NCBI GenBank assembly: GCA_964247055.1
Contig: OZ176051.1
Coordinates: forward strand, 3,844,001-3,908,000
Length of the DNA stretch: 64,000 nucleotides
Reading direction: 5' to 3'
Origin: Paragordius varius
Taxonomy: Eukaryota; Animalia; Nematomorpha
Shown here: one piece after another, positions 28,601 to 40,280 of the stretch
Numbering within the stretch: the stretch's first letter is position 1
Layout of the letters: each line of letters begins with the position of its first letter
Notes under the pieces: generated by a model
Database searches by the model: none
What the model was told of the DNA's origin: nothing
Seen by the model: the letters and a program-made list of their open reading frames with translations, nothing else
Translations under genes and position numbers: made by a program

Positions 28601-30089
28601 TATTTATAACACATGCATATGTTCGTATATATAGGTCTCCGTTGAAAGGAATTTTTTACCCTTTTTCTATTTTTAGACTTGAAAAGCAGTTTGACCAGCG
28701 AATTGCTTAGTGCAATATTTTTTAATTAAATTAAATTTTTTTAGATGCCATACTTAATTTAACTCTCATTTTATACCTTCATTTTCCTATTATATTTTTA
28801 TTATTTGTTTCATTTATTATGACACACTATATTTCTTTCGCTATACATTTGACAATTCATAATAAATTGTTTGATTTAATTTTGGTTGCATTATTACAAT
28901 AATAATTTTGCAAATTTAATTAAAAGTCAGGAACCGAAAATGGAACCGGTTCTAAATATTTTATTAAGGAACCAACGCGGTTCCGGTTCCACTTTTTTGA
29001 ACCGGTTCTAAGCCCTGGATTAAATATATTATTATGACAGATCCAAAAATACATGTTGTATTATTATTTTTATAAATATTCTATGGGACATTTATATACA
29101 TTAATATTCTATATGCCCGGTCATTTAAATAGATTTAATAAAAAAATATTTATTCAATCAAAAAAATTTAAAAATCCCATATAATATTTTAATTAAACAA
29201 AAATTAACATTATGCCGGTTGAAATATTAATTACGCAGTAAATAAGGTAAAGTTCGATTAGTAATAAACGATTTTAGTAAATCAGTTTTTAATTAAATTT
29301 TAACTGTCGAAATAATAATACTATAAATCGAGATAATTTTTATATTTATGCATATGGTATTCTTATCTCATAATTATAAACAAAAATACAAAACATTTAT
29401 AATCCATGTTATATCTTTTGCATTGTATAAAAAGAATGTTAGGTAATAATATATAAATCAAACAACCTTAAACCGATTCACACAAGTAATTTCTCAGAAA
29501 ACATAGAACTTATACAGTAAGAATTAAAAGGAAAAAATGACAAATTATAAAAGTAAAAGAACGATATATTTTTTATATCAAAAAGACCTTAATTTTCCTA
29601 ATATAACTTTGGATTTTGATATAAATAGCTAATAAACTAAATTTTATATAATCCGGATCATAATCATAAAGGTTCACCGAAAAAAGAGACAAAAAATCGT
29701 TAAAATTACCGTATAAAACCGCCTTGTGAATATAGTTTACGGAAGGCCTGAAAAAAATTGCCTGCTTCCACAAATCTATACTGATAATTCATAACAGTCC
29801 TCATCCACATGAGCAAACTTACTTGACAAGCCATGGCGGCAGACCCACTCAATCCACCCCCAAGTGAATATTTAAGGACGTGCACAAAATTGTGATGATG
29901 ATGCTTACCGACTGCTGGTTTTTTAGTTTCCTCCAATATGATGGGTGGTAAAAGGGTATTGGGTGAAGATGACTGTACAAGGGGAACCGTCTCTGATGGT
30001 ATAGGATCATTTTGAACATCTGGTATTTGCTGTGGTTCTGACTTTAAAATTACATATATACTTTTGGTAATATTATTGTTTCCTTTCAT
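25623..30089 (-). CDS. Mitochondrial carrier (SLC25-fold) family protein of an unusual subfamily
   Basis: Exons 30089-29710, 27435-27218, 26918-26705, 26322-26243, 26152-25997, 25732-25623. Three carrier repeats with modified signatures: LMWMRTVMNYQYRF, LMPIDAWKTIKQVEG, TNSLRVIKTVKQ; also GHYPWFATYNYL and RGLGTRITVNGLQG. The exact start codon is uncertain. Confidence 0.85.
27450..27822. mobile_element. MITE family A copy 5 (carrier intron 1)
   Basis: Same termini; three left and five right 21-bp units. Confidence 0.88.
28340..29017. mobile_element. hAT-like MITE (family B) with GAACCGGTTCC subterminal motifs
   Basis: Ends CAGAGCTTCGAACCGG / CCGGTTCTAAGCCCTG; flanks GATAAAAT and GATTAAAT form a near-perfect 8-bp target-site duplication. 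Degenerate relatives at ~32960-33430 and ~61430-61535. Confidence 0.75.
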
Positions 30090-30179
30090 AGCCTTGCAAC
30101 TAGTCTATGTCTTTTTCAAAATCAAAAATTGCATCTGTTTAAACGTGTGTGACAATAAACAATTTTTATCTTTGCGTAC
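30090..30179. promoter_or_regulatory. Inferred bidirectional promoter, carrier/ZMAT5-like
   Basis: 90 nt between divergent ATGs. Confidence 0.5.
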
Positions 30180-30518
30180 ATGCCTCGTCGTTTATATGAA
30201 TGTGAATATTGTAACAGGGAATTTCGATACGATCGCGGCGCAATTAAATCCCACAATAAAAGCAAAACACATTTATACCATAAAAAATTATATTATGATT
30301 CAATACCTACTCCTACTGTACCACATAATAAAAACATTATTGTTTTATATCCCCAAAAAATTCGACAACTCCAATTGATCAATCAATTTAACATATCTAA
30401 TTGGGTGAAAAATTGGCAAATAAAAAAAGAAGACGCTAAAATATTCAAAGATTACCATCATGATATAACACATGAAAAATACAGATTTATTAAGAATTAT
30501 ATAAATAAATTATTTTGA
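30180..30518 (+). CDS. Small matrin/U1C-type C2H2 zinc-finger protein, ZMAT5 (U11/U12-20K)-like, 112 aa
   Basis: [42 protein letters not shown] fits CxxC-x12-H-x5-H, followed by KKxxYD as in ZMAT5/U1C. Single exon. Confidence 0.6.
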   Translation: MPRRLYECEYCNREFRYDRGAIKSHNKSKTHLYHKKLYYDSIPTPTVPHNKNIIVLYPQKIRQLQLINQFNISNWVKNWQIKKEDAKIFKDYHHDITHEKYRFIKNYINKLF

Positions 30519-30945
30519 TTCTAATAAATCCTTTGCTTCATTTATTTTTGCAGCAATTAACGGTGAGCCACCTATTATTATTATATTTAAATTACCTTTA
30601 TCCGGGTGGTTTAACCTCATTATCCTGTTATAGGCTTCTTTTATTTTTAATGGGCTGGCGTTCGGGCTGAAGTAAAAAAATTAATAAAGTTACCTTACTC
30701 CTAAAATAAGAGCTGCTTCTCTCTTAGTCATTTTTGGCTCAAAACCTCCTTGGTAATATTTTGAAAAAACCTAGGTAAGAGGTAAATATACTTGAGATTG
30801 GGAAATATTTTTAAAATAGCTTTGAGCATGTTCAGCCAATGGCCTACTGTTTCGAGACAAATATCGGCCTAAAAATATTCAAAAATATACCAGCATAACC
30901 AATGATAGCTATACCCAATCCGGCCAAAATTGCAGCACTCGCCAT
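30510..30945 (-). CDS. DNAJC19: Mitochondrial import motor J-protein Tim14/Pam18
   Basis: Exons 30945-30891, 30868-30792, 30770-30694, 30666-30596, 30571-30510 give [25 protein letters not shown]...[65 protein letters not shown]. Absent from the ORF track because of the tiny introns. Confidence 0.95.
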
Positions 30946-33664
30946 CGTCTGCAAAGTCTAACAATTTCGGTTATTCCATATGCTACAATAATAAAGGAAT
31001 CGTATAAAATATCTGTAAAAAATTTGATAATTCTCAAAAGTACTCACATCATCATAATTTCTTGGTAAATCTCAGATAATGGGCGGTATTCGCCAATTAT
31101 TTATTTAAAGACTTTTAGCCATATCACACAGAGACATAAAAAAATATCCTAAATATATATTTTCTAGAAAAAAGATAATTAATTTTTAAAATAGAAAGGT
31201 ACATTTGTGGTTTTAATTCATATAAATTCAAAATTTGCTATACTATGCTAAATTATTTTTTTAATAACTAAATATTTTAAACCAAAAATCACTAGCTTTT
31301 AACTGAGCACAACATCGTGGTAATAATTATCCTGACTAATTATTGCACTTTTATGGAATTTGCTCGATATCTTAACAGATTTAGCTCACAATTTTTTGTT
31401 AAAAGTTCAATAATTCCAAAAAATACTAAAATAATATATTTACTTTATATAAAAAGCTAAAAAATATTTTTAAAAACTTTATTTTTTTGATGTGGCCTGC
31501 GAAAGTCTCTACTTTTGTCCCTCTTTATAATAAGCCATAACTCTTAATTAAACGCTAAAATCTTAATTTTTTGCGTTAAAATTTTTATAATTTGCTAGAT
31601 TGTGGTATAAAAAACGAATTTTTTCAAAAACCATGCTTTGCTGAAATTTTTATTATCAATTGTCAGTGTATCTCATGCTGTTTTTAAGCATGATAGATAC
31701 CATAAGAATACGCTTTGACATATTATGAAAACACTTATTTTATATATCGATGATGCTGAATTTTGCCATTTTCTGATATGGAGCACTTACCACAAGAATT
31801 TTAATAACTTTCTATGAATGATTTATATTTATTTATTTATTTTGTTCTTTCGGTAATTAATTTAAGATAACCTTTAAAGTTTTGTCGGCTATGACATTGG
31901 GGTATTTTATCCCATCGCTGGATCTTGAAAACAAAAACTCTTTTGAAAGTTACAGTATTTAAAGTTTAATTATCAAACAGTTCATGCTTTCTATGTATTA
32001 AATAAGGCTTTTTCAAACTTATAGAATCTAAAATTGGGACAACCGAAAAAGTTTCAGCTGAGGATATTTGTGCAATTTTTTTAAAAAGAAATCTTTTATT
32101 ATTATGTACCTAAAAGGCTAAAAACATATTTTTAAATTTCGGGCTGATACCTTACTTTTTAAGATATTCCAATTTCAAATCTCTCTGTGATAAAAAAATT
32201 ACCCCAAAATATCACCAACTGTTAATTTAATATATTTTTCAAAAATATGGTATTTTCTATAATTCTTAACAATATTGGAAAATTTTTAGGGACTTGTTGA
32301 AAATCCATGGCATATGATTATACTAAATAGGGAATTTTTGTTAGGATGAGGCGCATCTTGCGTAAATTCAGCAATGATTTAATTTTAAAAGTTCAAATCA
32401 GAGAAATTTTTAAGAAAAGTATATTATGTTTTAGTAAGATATGCCAATAAATATATAAAAAATGAATGTTATGCTTACTGTCCCCCATCCCAACTTATGA
32501 AATATATGGAAAAAACATTAATACAGAATTCCATTTGGGTTTAAACAAAAAAATTGTTGATTTTTATTTATTATATCTATCGTCTTAAGTGATCGATAAA
32601 ATTCTCATATCAAACTATTTTAATTTTTTAAATAAATGGCACAAGAGGAATTTTAGCCGCGGTTTATATACCATTTGGACAAAACGGTGATGATTTAGAG
32701 TATAAAATCATGCATAACTCTCAACCAGCTATATATTCTTCAGAAATATACGATGCGTGGCCCTTAAAAAAAATTATTCGCCCCATCAAAATATTTTGGT
32801 GAGTACCACTGCTTTAAATTAAATAATCGGTAAATATTTTAGTACAATTATTTCAATGTGACATGAATCATAATTTTTCATTTGCTTAATTAATTTAAAT
32901 TTTTTTGCAACAAGTTAGACACCATAATTCCAATAAAATTGGGAAACTAATTTTACGTCGTAATAATAGCACCGTTTTTGGTTCCAGTTCTGGTTTCAAT
33001 CAAATTTATTGCCTTTTATTAAATGTTAGTTTTATTCGTTTTGTTTATAAAGATGGTGTTGGTTCCATTTTTTGTTACCGTTGATATTAAATAATGATAG
33101 TGTCTTTCTGTTAACGTGGTTAACTTTACTAATGCTGCGTAAAGATTAATAAATGACGTTTTGTTTTTCAACATACAATCAATACCTCAAATTACATATG
33201 GTACACCTAAAATCGACATGGTAATCAAAAAATCCCAAAGCAATTTTTCTGAATAATATAGACATTAAAATAATTTAAACAAGAATTTAAAATAAGAAAA
33301 AGATGCCAACATATGCCAAATAATTTAAAATAAAAATATATCGAAAACTGTTTGCAACCACGGTTTCGGTAACCGTTTGTGGTTTGTAAAGTTTTATCTG
33401 GTTCCAAAAATGGTTTCGGTTCAGAGTAACGCTTCCAATTTCCAATCACGAATGTATTTCCCATATACCATTATATAGGCGCAACAATATGGACCCTAAA
33501 TGTTTTATTAACCTAGTTTATTTTAGTTAAGGCATATAATTACTGAATAACATAAAGCAAGTCTTTTCATATAAACAATCGCGGTCTACAATTTTATACA
33601 CGTTTTATTCGAACTGTTAAAATTTCATTTAAAGATTTGCAGACAATCACAGTAGGGCTTAACG

Positions 33665-36600
33665 ATGCAGGGTTATTTCAGCAATATATTCCTAATTAAA
33701 AATGACTTTTGTTATTTGTTTGGAAGGAATAGGCCCACAAATGATTTCTTATTAGGACCTCTTTTAACAGGATCCTCCAGGAAGAGGTCGTTATGTAATA
33801 AATGTATCACAAGCTTAGATATTCGACATTATTAGTAATTTTAATAAATTTTTTATTTGATATTTATAAAATAGTTTCACTATAGTTAGAAACATATTTA
33901 AATGAGGGGATGTTCTATCTTTTATAAAAAGACTATTTTTACATGCATGTATATTATAAAAGTGCATTAAATATAACGCCTATATCAATGTTTTCTGTCG
34001 AATAAATCATCACTAAATCACCCCTTATTAATATTTTAATTAATTTGGGCAACGTATTTTGCTTATCATCTTTTTTTGTTAATTTTTCATCTCGGATATT
34101 CTTTTAAAGCTTGAAAAGTTTTTACCAACCAAACTGTGCGAGAGGGTCGGATGACTCCTGAAGAAGCTATAAAAAAATATGCAGATTGCATATTCTCCTC
34201 AGAAACCAAAGAAATGGAGGATTACGAAAAAATATATTACGTGGGTAATAACATGATACATCGAAGCCCTGAATGTCCCACCGGGGTAGATGATGAAAAT
34301 GGTCGATATGTAGTTATGATGCATGATCACATTGCATTTCGTTTTGAACTTTTGGATTGCATTGGCTCAGGGAGTTTTGGCCAAGTTTTTAAAGCGTTCG
34401 ATCACAAAGAACACGAAACTATAGCTATAAAAGTGAAATAAATTTTTGTATTTATATGATATATATATGCCCTCCACTCCTCCTCCCCCTATTATAATAT
34501 AATTTTGAAAAGGAGATTTTTGTATTTTTCACAATGTAAAACAATTAAGCGTTTGGAAAACATGAATTGTAAATAATTAGTAATTAAATTTAAATCACTT
34601 AAAACGGATATTAATTAAATTTTGTAATGTTGTTAGCTCATCTGTTATTACTTTTCTTAAAGCTTATTTTAAGTTTGGCCCACTTAATACCTCATTAATC
34701 CCCTTTTGCAGAATGGTTATTAAAAAAAGAATAATTAAACCAATATACATAAACATTTAAAATTATTGTTGTTAAGTAGCAAAGTATTTATTCCTAAGTC
34801 TACTTGGCGTAAAACACCTGTGTAGCTTGTTGTAGTTTTAACCGATAAGCCGCACCAAATTACCCTATTTTTAAATTATAATACTAATCTGATCGATAAA
34901 TACAGTCATTCATGATAAGAGCCGTTACCGTAAATGTAAAATACTTATTTCACCTCATTTAAACAAAATATTAACCGTTTAAAATAGTTTTAATAGTGTG
35001 AAAATTATTAAAAATAAATAACTTCAAACATTTATTTTAGTTCGGGTTACATACTATCATATCCTATTATTTATCACGTGTTAAACTTTTTGGTTTTTGA
35101 CTAATTATTTCTTATAAGTTGTCACATTCACAGTAACCATTAATTGATTTATCATGTGAGATTTAAACTTGCCCACAATTAATCACATTTCATATTTATG
35201 AAGAGCATAAAAACATGTGCAAATGCATTACCGTATTGAAAGTGTTATTTAATTTTATTAGGCTTTTCTTAAAAAAATGAGTTGTTTATTTGTAAAGATC
35301 GATAAATCTTTATATTTTAACTATAAAAATTCTGTCTAAAATGTCCAACTTTCTCGTTGAATCTATCAAATTGGCTTTTGTTTTAAAAAATAAATATATA
35401 AGCTATAAACATGAAAAACATTTGTATAATTTGGGATACGACTTTTGAAACCGTAGCTCAAAAACTTTTTCTGCGGATGGTGACTGAAGGAGACAAAAAC
35501 AACAATAATTAAATAATATTTTTAAGTGATTCAAAAATGTCAAAATCCGAACTCAAAATACGATATTTTAGTTTGACAAAGGGTATAAAATACATTTTAC
35601 TTTTGAATGATATAACATAGCTTTATGGGTTTGATCTGTGTGGTTAGGCTGAGTCCAGATCTAAGCGGCTTATATTTTTAAATTAATTTTTGAGTGTGTT
35701 CTTTAAATTTTTTACCCTGGGTTGGAATAAATATTAATAATATATATTGTGATAATTTAATCAATTTCATGTAGGTTATCCGTAGTGAACGCAAATTTTT
35801 TAAACAAGCACAAGAAGAAATTGCCATTTTATTGACGCTCAACAAAATGGATGCCAATAAAAGTGCTAGCATTATCCAGCTCAAGGAACATTTTATATTT
35901 AGAAACCACCAATGTCTGACTTTTGAACTTTTGGATTTAAATTTATATGAACTAGTCAAGAAAACTAATTATAATGGTTTTTCACTAAGGGTCGTACGCA
36001 GTTTTGCTTACTCCCTCCTAAATTGTTTACGACTCCTTAACAAAGCTCAAATCATACATTGTGATTTAAAGCCAGAAAATATTTTGCTCAAAAAACGTGG
36101 TAATAGCGGAATCAAAGTGATAGATTTTGGTTCAAGTTGCTTCTTGTACAAAAAACTATACTGGTACATTCAATCTCGGTTTTATCGAGCCCCCGAAGTT
36201 ATATTGGGTGGGAATTATACCATGGCCATTGATATGTGGAGTTTGGGATGTATTCTTGCCGAACTTCATACGGGAAAAGCCCTGTTTCCGGGTGAAGATG
36301 AGTGCGATCAATTAGCCCTACAAATGGAGCTTTTGGGTATTCCACCAAAATGTTTGCTAGATTCCTGCACCCGATGCGATAAATTTTTCCATGCAAACGG
36401 TGTACCAAAGTATTGTACAGCTATGGCGTCCAACGTTGAAATGTTATATGGTGGTGGTGGTGTGGCAGCCGAAGGAAACGGTACTAATATCCTACACCTG
36501 AGAGGTGGTATCTCAAGAAAGGGTAGATTCCGGGGTCCACCCGGGAGCAAAGTTTTGAAGATGGAACTTAAAAATTGTAATGATGATTATTTCATCGATT

Positions 36601-36695
36601 TTGTCGGCCAATGTTTAAGTTGGATACCAGAGGAAAGATTAACGCCGAGTAAGGCCTTTTCTCATCCCTGGATCTCCAAGATTATTGAAGCATAA
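33665..36695 (+). CDS. Class 2 DYRK kinase (DYRK2/3/4-like)
   Basis: Exons 33665-33794 (tentative, phase-compatible), 34119-34432, 35775-36695. DH box (DDENGRY..HDHIAFRFE), GSGSFGQV, HCDLKPEN, YWYIQSRFYRAPE activation loop. Confidence 0.9.
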
Positions 36696-37491
36696 ACAAG
36701 GAAGAGAAATACATATGATGGAATATGAACCTTACAAATTTGTGCAATTATTACAATACTTAATTTTCACAAAAAAATTATCGATGATAATTAACAATGC
36801 AATTTTTAAATGTTTTATCCAAAATAATTTTTATGTAGAATTATGATATTTTTACCATCATTTTTAAAATCGTGATCAATTCTTCACACTCTTGAATCTT
36901 TTATCAGAAGATATATAAACCAAATACCTCAACATCCTTTATAAAAATTATACCCTATTTGAATTTAATATTATTTCTAGACCATTGTAGTTTATAAAAA
37001 CTTATATCGAATGGACGCTATTAATAAATAAAGAACGCTGGCATATTATGAACAATAGTAAATTTCCAATATGTTATAAAATTAAACCATAAAACCTAGA
37101 TAAAAAAGGTAAAATGTTTTGGCATAACTGCTGAAAAACTGTAAAATCAGCGTAGTGGGTTTATATTTAAGGCCCGTAGATCAGATTTATGAAACGTTTG
37201 CTGTATATTAATATGTGTTGTTTTAAACATGGTATCTTGATGAACCATATTGCATATTCCATAAAGTTTTTATTCTTTGGTTTACTATACTTTGTAAATT
37301 ATATTTGTCAACAATTAACTAAGTATCATTGCTACATCACATGATAAATGTTCGAAGACTTGATTTTATGTACTTATCTTTTTTTTTCAACTTTCATATA
37401 TATAGAAAATAATTTTGTTCTTTGCTAATCAATCATAGCGAGAGGGATAGTTTTTATTAATTCTTTCGATTCTTTCCCTCTCTGATTTATT

Positions 37492-39252
37492 ATGGATTGT
37501 CCCATTTGCCTTGGCAAAAGTACGCAGTTAATTTTTGGAGCTTGTCAACATTACATTTGTGTTACGTGTGCCTACAATAAAACTAACATTTTGCGGAGTA
37601 TGTTTGAAACTTGCCCCATTTGTAAGAGGGAAAATGTATATCCGAAAAATAAGTATTAATTTATATTTTGCATGTGAATCGATAATTGTTTTAGCCGTAA
37701 TCATTTTTGTAATAATATATGTTTATTAACAGACGATAAAAAGTTTCTACTTTAACCGTATATAGCTTTTAAATAAATGTTATCAACGAATCTTTGACCA
37801 GAAAAAAACGTTCTTTTAAGTCAATCGATACCCTTGGGCTGAATATATAACTATACAGTACAAAATTAACCCCTTTTAAAAAATTCAAAAACAGTGATAT
37901 CGGATTGACATTTTTAAAAAAGCTATAATATTGATAGGCGCTTTAACCAAACAGTTTTTACGCTGTTAAATTGATAATTCTGGTCCATATTTTTAATTGC
38001 ATTATGCTGTTTTTGACAAACTTTTAATCAATTTTCTTTTATGTATACTTTAAAGGCTTTCATTTTTACCGTAAAAAAATTTGACATAGGTATAATTAAG
38101 ACCTATTAAATAAATAGTTGAATTTTTTGCATATTCTTAAAGGTACGCTTTTTTAGCCTACTTAATGAAAATTAGCATTTCTTTTTCAAATATGTTTGTT
38201 AACATGCATAATTGAAATTTAGAAGGATGCCCATAAAGATTTTTTTGATAAAACTACAATTATACACATTTTTAATGCTGACTTTACGAAATATATATTA
38301 GGCTATTTATAAATCGGTGTGCAGATTATAATAGAGTTTTTCTTAACATGCGTTTGATTTGGACCCACCCCTGAAAATAAGGTTAATCATATAATTTGAC
38401 CTGCAATAGTGGCTATAAAAAGCAATTTTAAAGATTAAAAGCATTATACCAGTTGAATTACTATATATCGCCTATATAGACCAAGTTGAAATTTTAATTT
38501 TGATAGACAATTTATTGCACCAATTTGTGGAAATTATGCATGAATTTTTAGTAACATTTTTTAAAACCTTAAGGGGATTAAAATTTTAAATAAAAGTCAA
38601 TTTAAAAATCCCTAGTTTATTTCATGATTCAGTAACAGCCACGCCTGATAGATAACAGCTCTTAACTGATTTAATTTTTGAAAAAATGCGCAAATTAAAA
38701 AGAAAAATTTACTATAAATGCATATTTGCTTACCTTCCATATACACCATTTACAATTCAAATTCGCCCTTAAACAATTCAAATTCACCCTCAAACAATTC
38801 AAATTCACCCTCAAATAAAATATATGTTTTTTAAGATTATAAATTACCTATATTTTCATATATTTTTAAAAATAAAACTTTGTAAATTAAAATAACTGAA
38901 AAAATAATAAACCATGCCATAAAGATGTATTTCATATTAATAATGTGTTCAAGGGTGAATTTGAACTGTAAATGGTATATTAATCATTATATATTAATAT
39001 TTTTGCAAACTTTTCTTTACGATATTATACATTTCGACTAAAATTGGTCTAATTTTTTGAGTATATTATAATAACAGACCCTGTGTCAATCGAGATTTGA
39101 AGGAAACGTTAGAAGAAACCTTAAACTCTGCACATGTTACAAACGAATATGGGTTGGAAATTCCATTCATAGATATAACACAAAAGCCAAAAACACGGCA
39201 AAAGAAAAAAAGTTATCAAAAATTAAAAAGAAAACGTCGAAAAACAAAATAG
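37492..39252 (+). CDS. Small two-exon C3HC4 RING-finger protein with basic tail (~111 aa)
   Basis: Exon 37492-37652: MDCPICLGKSTQLIFGACQHYICVTCAYNKTNILRSMFETCPICKREN (C-x2-C-x11-C-x-H-x2-C-x2-C-x14-C-x2-C). Phase-2 donor AA|GTATTA joins acceptor ACAG|A at 39078; exon 39078-39252 ends KKKSYQKLKRKRRKTK*. Confidence 0.7.
38742..38979. mobile_element. MITE family A copy 6, internally deleted (RING gene intron)
   Basis: Both termini present; part of the core missing. Confidence 0.8.
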
Positions 39253-40280
39253 CAAGCATATCATTATTTAAAAATTTGTGCATTTTATACGGTGAAAATA
39301 CTAGTAATCCTATTATAACATGTAATTGAAATAAATATACTAACCTTTTATAGTTTCTAATTTTTTGGTTAAAAATAAGATTTGCATATCTCTTCGATCG
39401 CCATTAAATTGGTAAATATTAATGCAACATTACTTTTTTTGATTTTAAATAGGAATTATTATTAAAACATTTTTTTCTCAGGGAGTTTTAACCTTTAATA
39501 AAGTTTGCAAATGGCCCGAGTAACGCATTAGCAAAGGTATCTTTCTAGGCTTTTAGGGAACATCATAAAATTTTTAGTAGATATCTCACAATGCCCCTAA
39601 AATGTTTCAACTAGCTTGATAACATTGTTTTTTATTTATAAAGTACAGTTTTAGAGATTTACAAAAGTATTTTAATATAATTTTTAAAACCATACTTAAC
39701 ATAAAATTAATGATCACAAAACAATGTTTATTTCTTCAACAATTATAGTTTTAGTATAAATTTAATATATGCTGTATATATCCAAAACAAAAACTTCAAA
39801 TAAATATATATTTATTCATTATATAAAGTAGCAAAAAAATTATTACATTGTAACCTAGTGAAAATACCATTATCATATGGAAACAATATATCATGGGTAT
39901 GATTAAGAAATAGATATGGTGAACCCTTTATAAAATTTAAGCAACATTTGATTTAATATATATACCTAAAATGACATTAAATGCGGTTTTGGAGGACATT
40001 ACGATAATATAAATTAAACTACACTATTAATTAACACTGTTTATACAAGATATATAATACTATAAATAAACTATACATTATAAAAGTAATATATTATATC
40101 TACCAAGTTATATAGCCTAAAAAGCGCCCATTTAAAAAATTGTTTCAAGGAATAAAATTATAACTATATGCATATAATTGAAGCATTATATTCCCAATTA
40201 GAGTGTGTTAGTTGGATGTATATTGCACTAAATCCCATAATTATTTTTGTCGCCATAAAAAATCTGTAAGGAGAAAATGT

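Noticed and set aside
30041-30060. Possible 20-nt micro-intron near the carrier start (GTATATATGTAATTTTAAAG)
   Set aside because: Removing it would shift the open frame from the ATG at 30089, and no conserved motif requires it.
35678-36550. Several ORFs overlapping the DYRK exon
   Set aside because: Antisense or off-frame shadows of a GC-richer coding exon.
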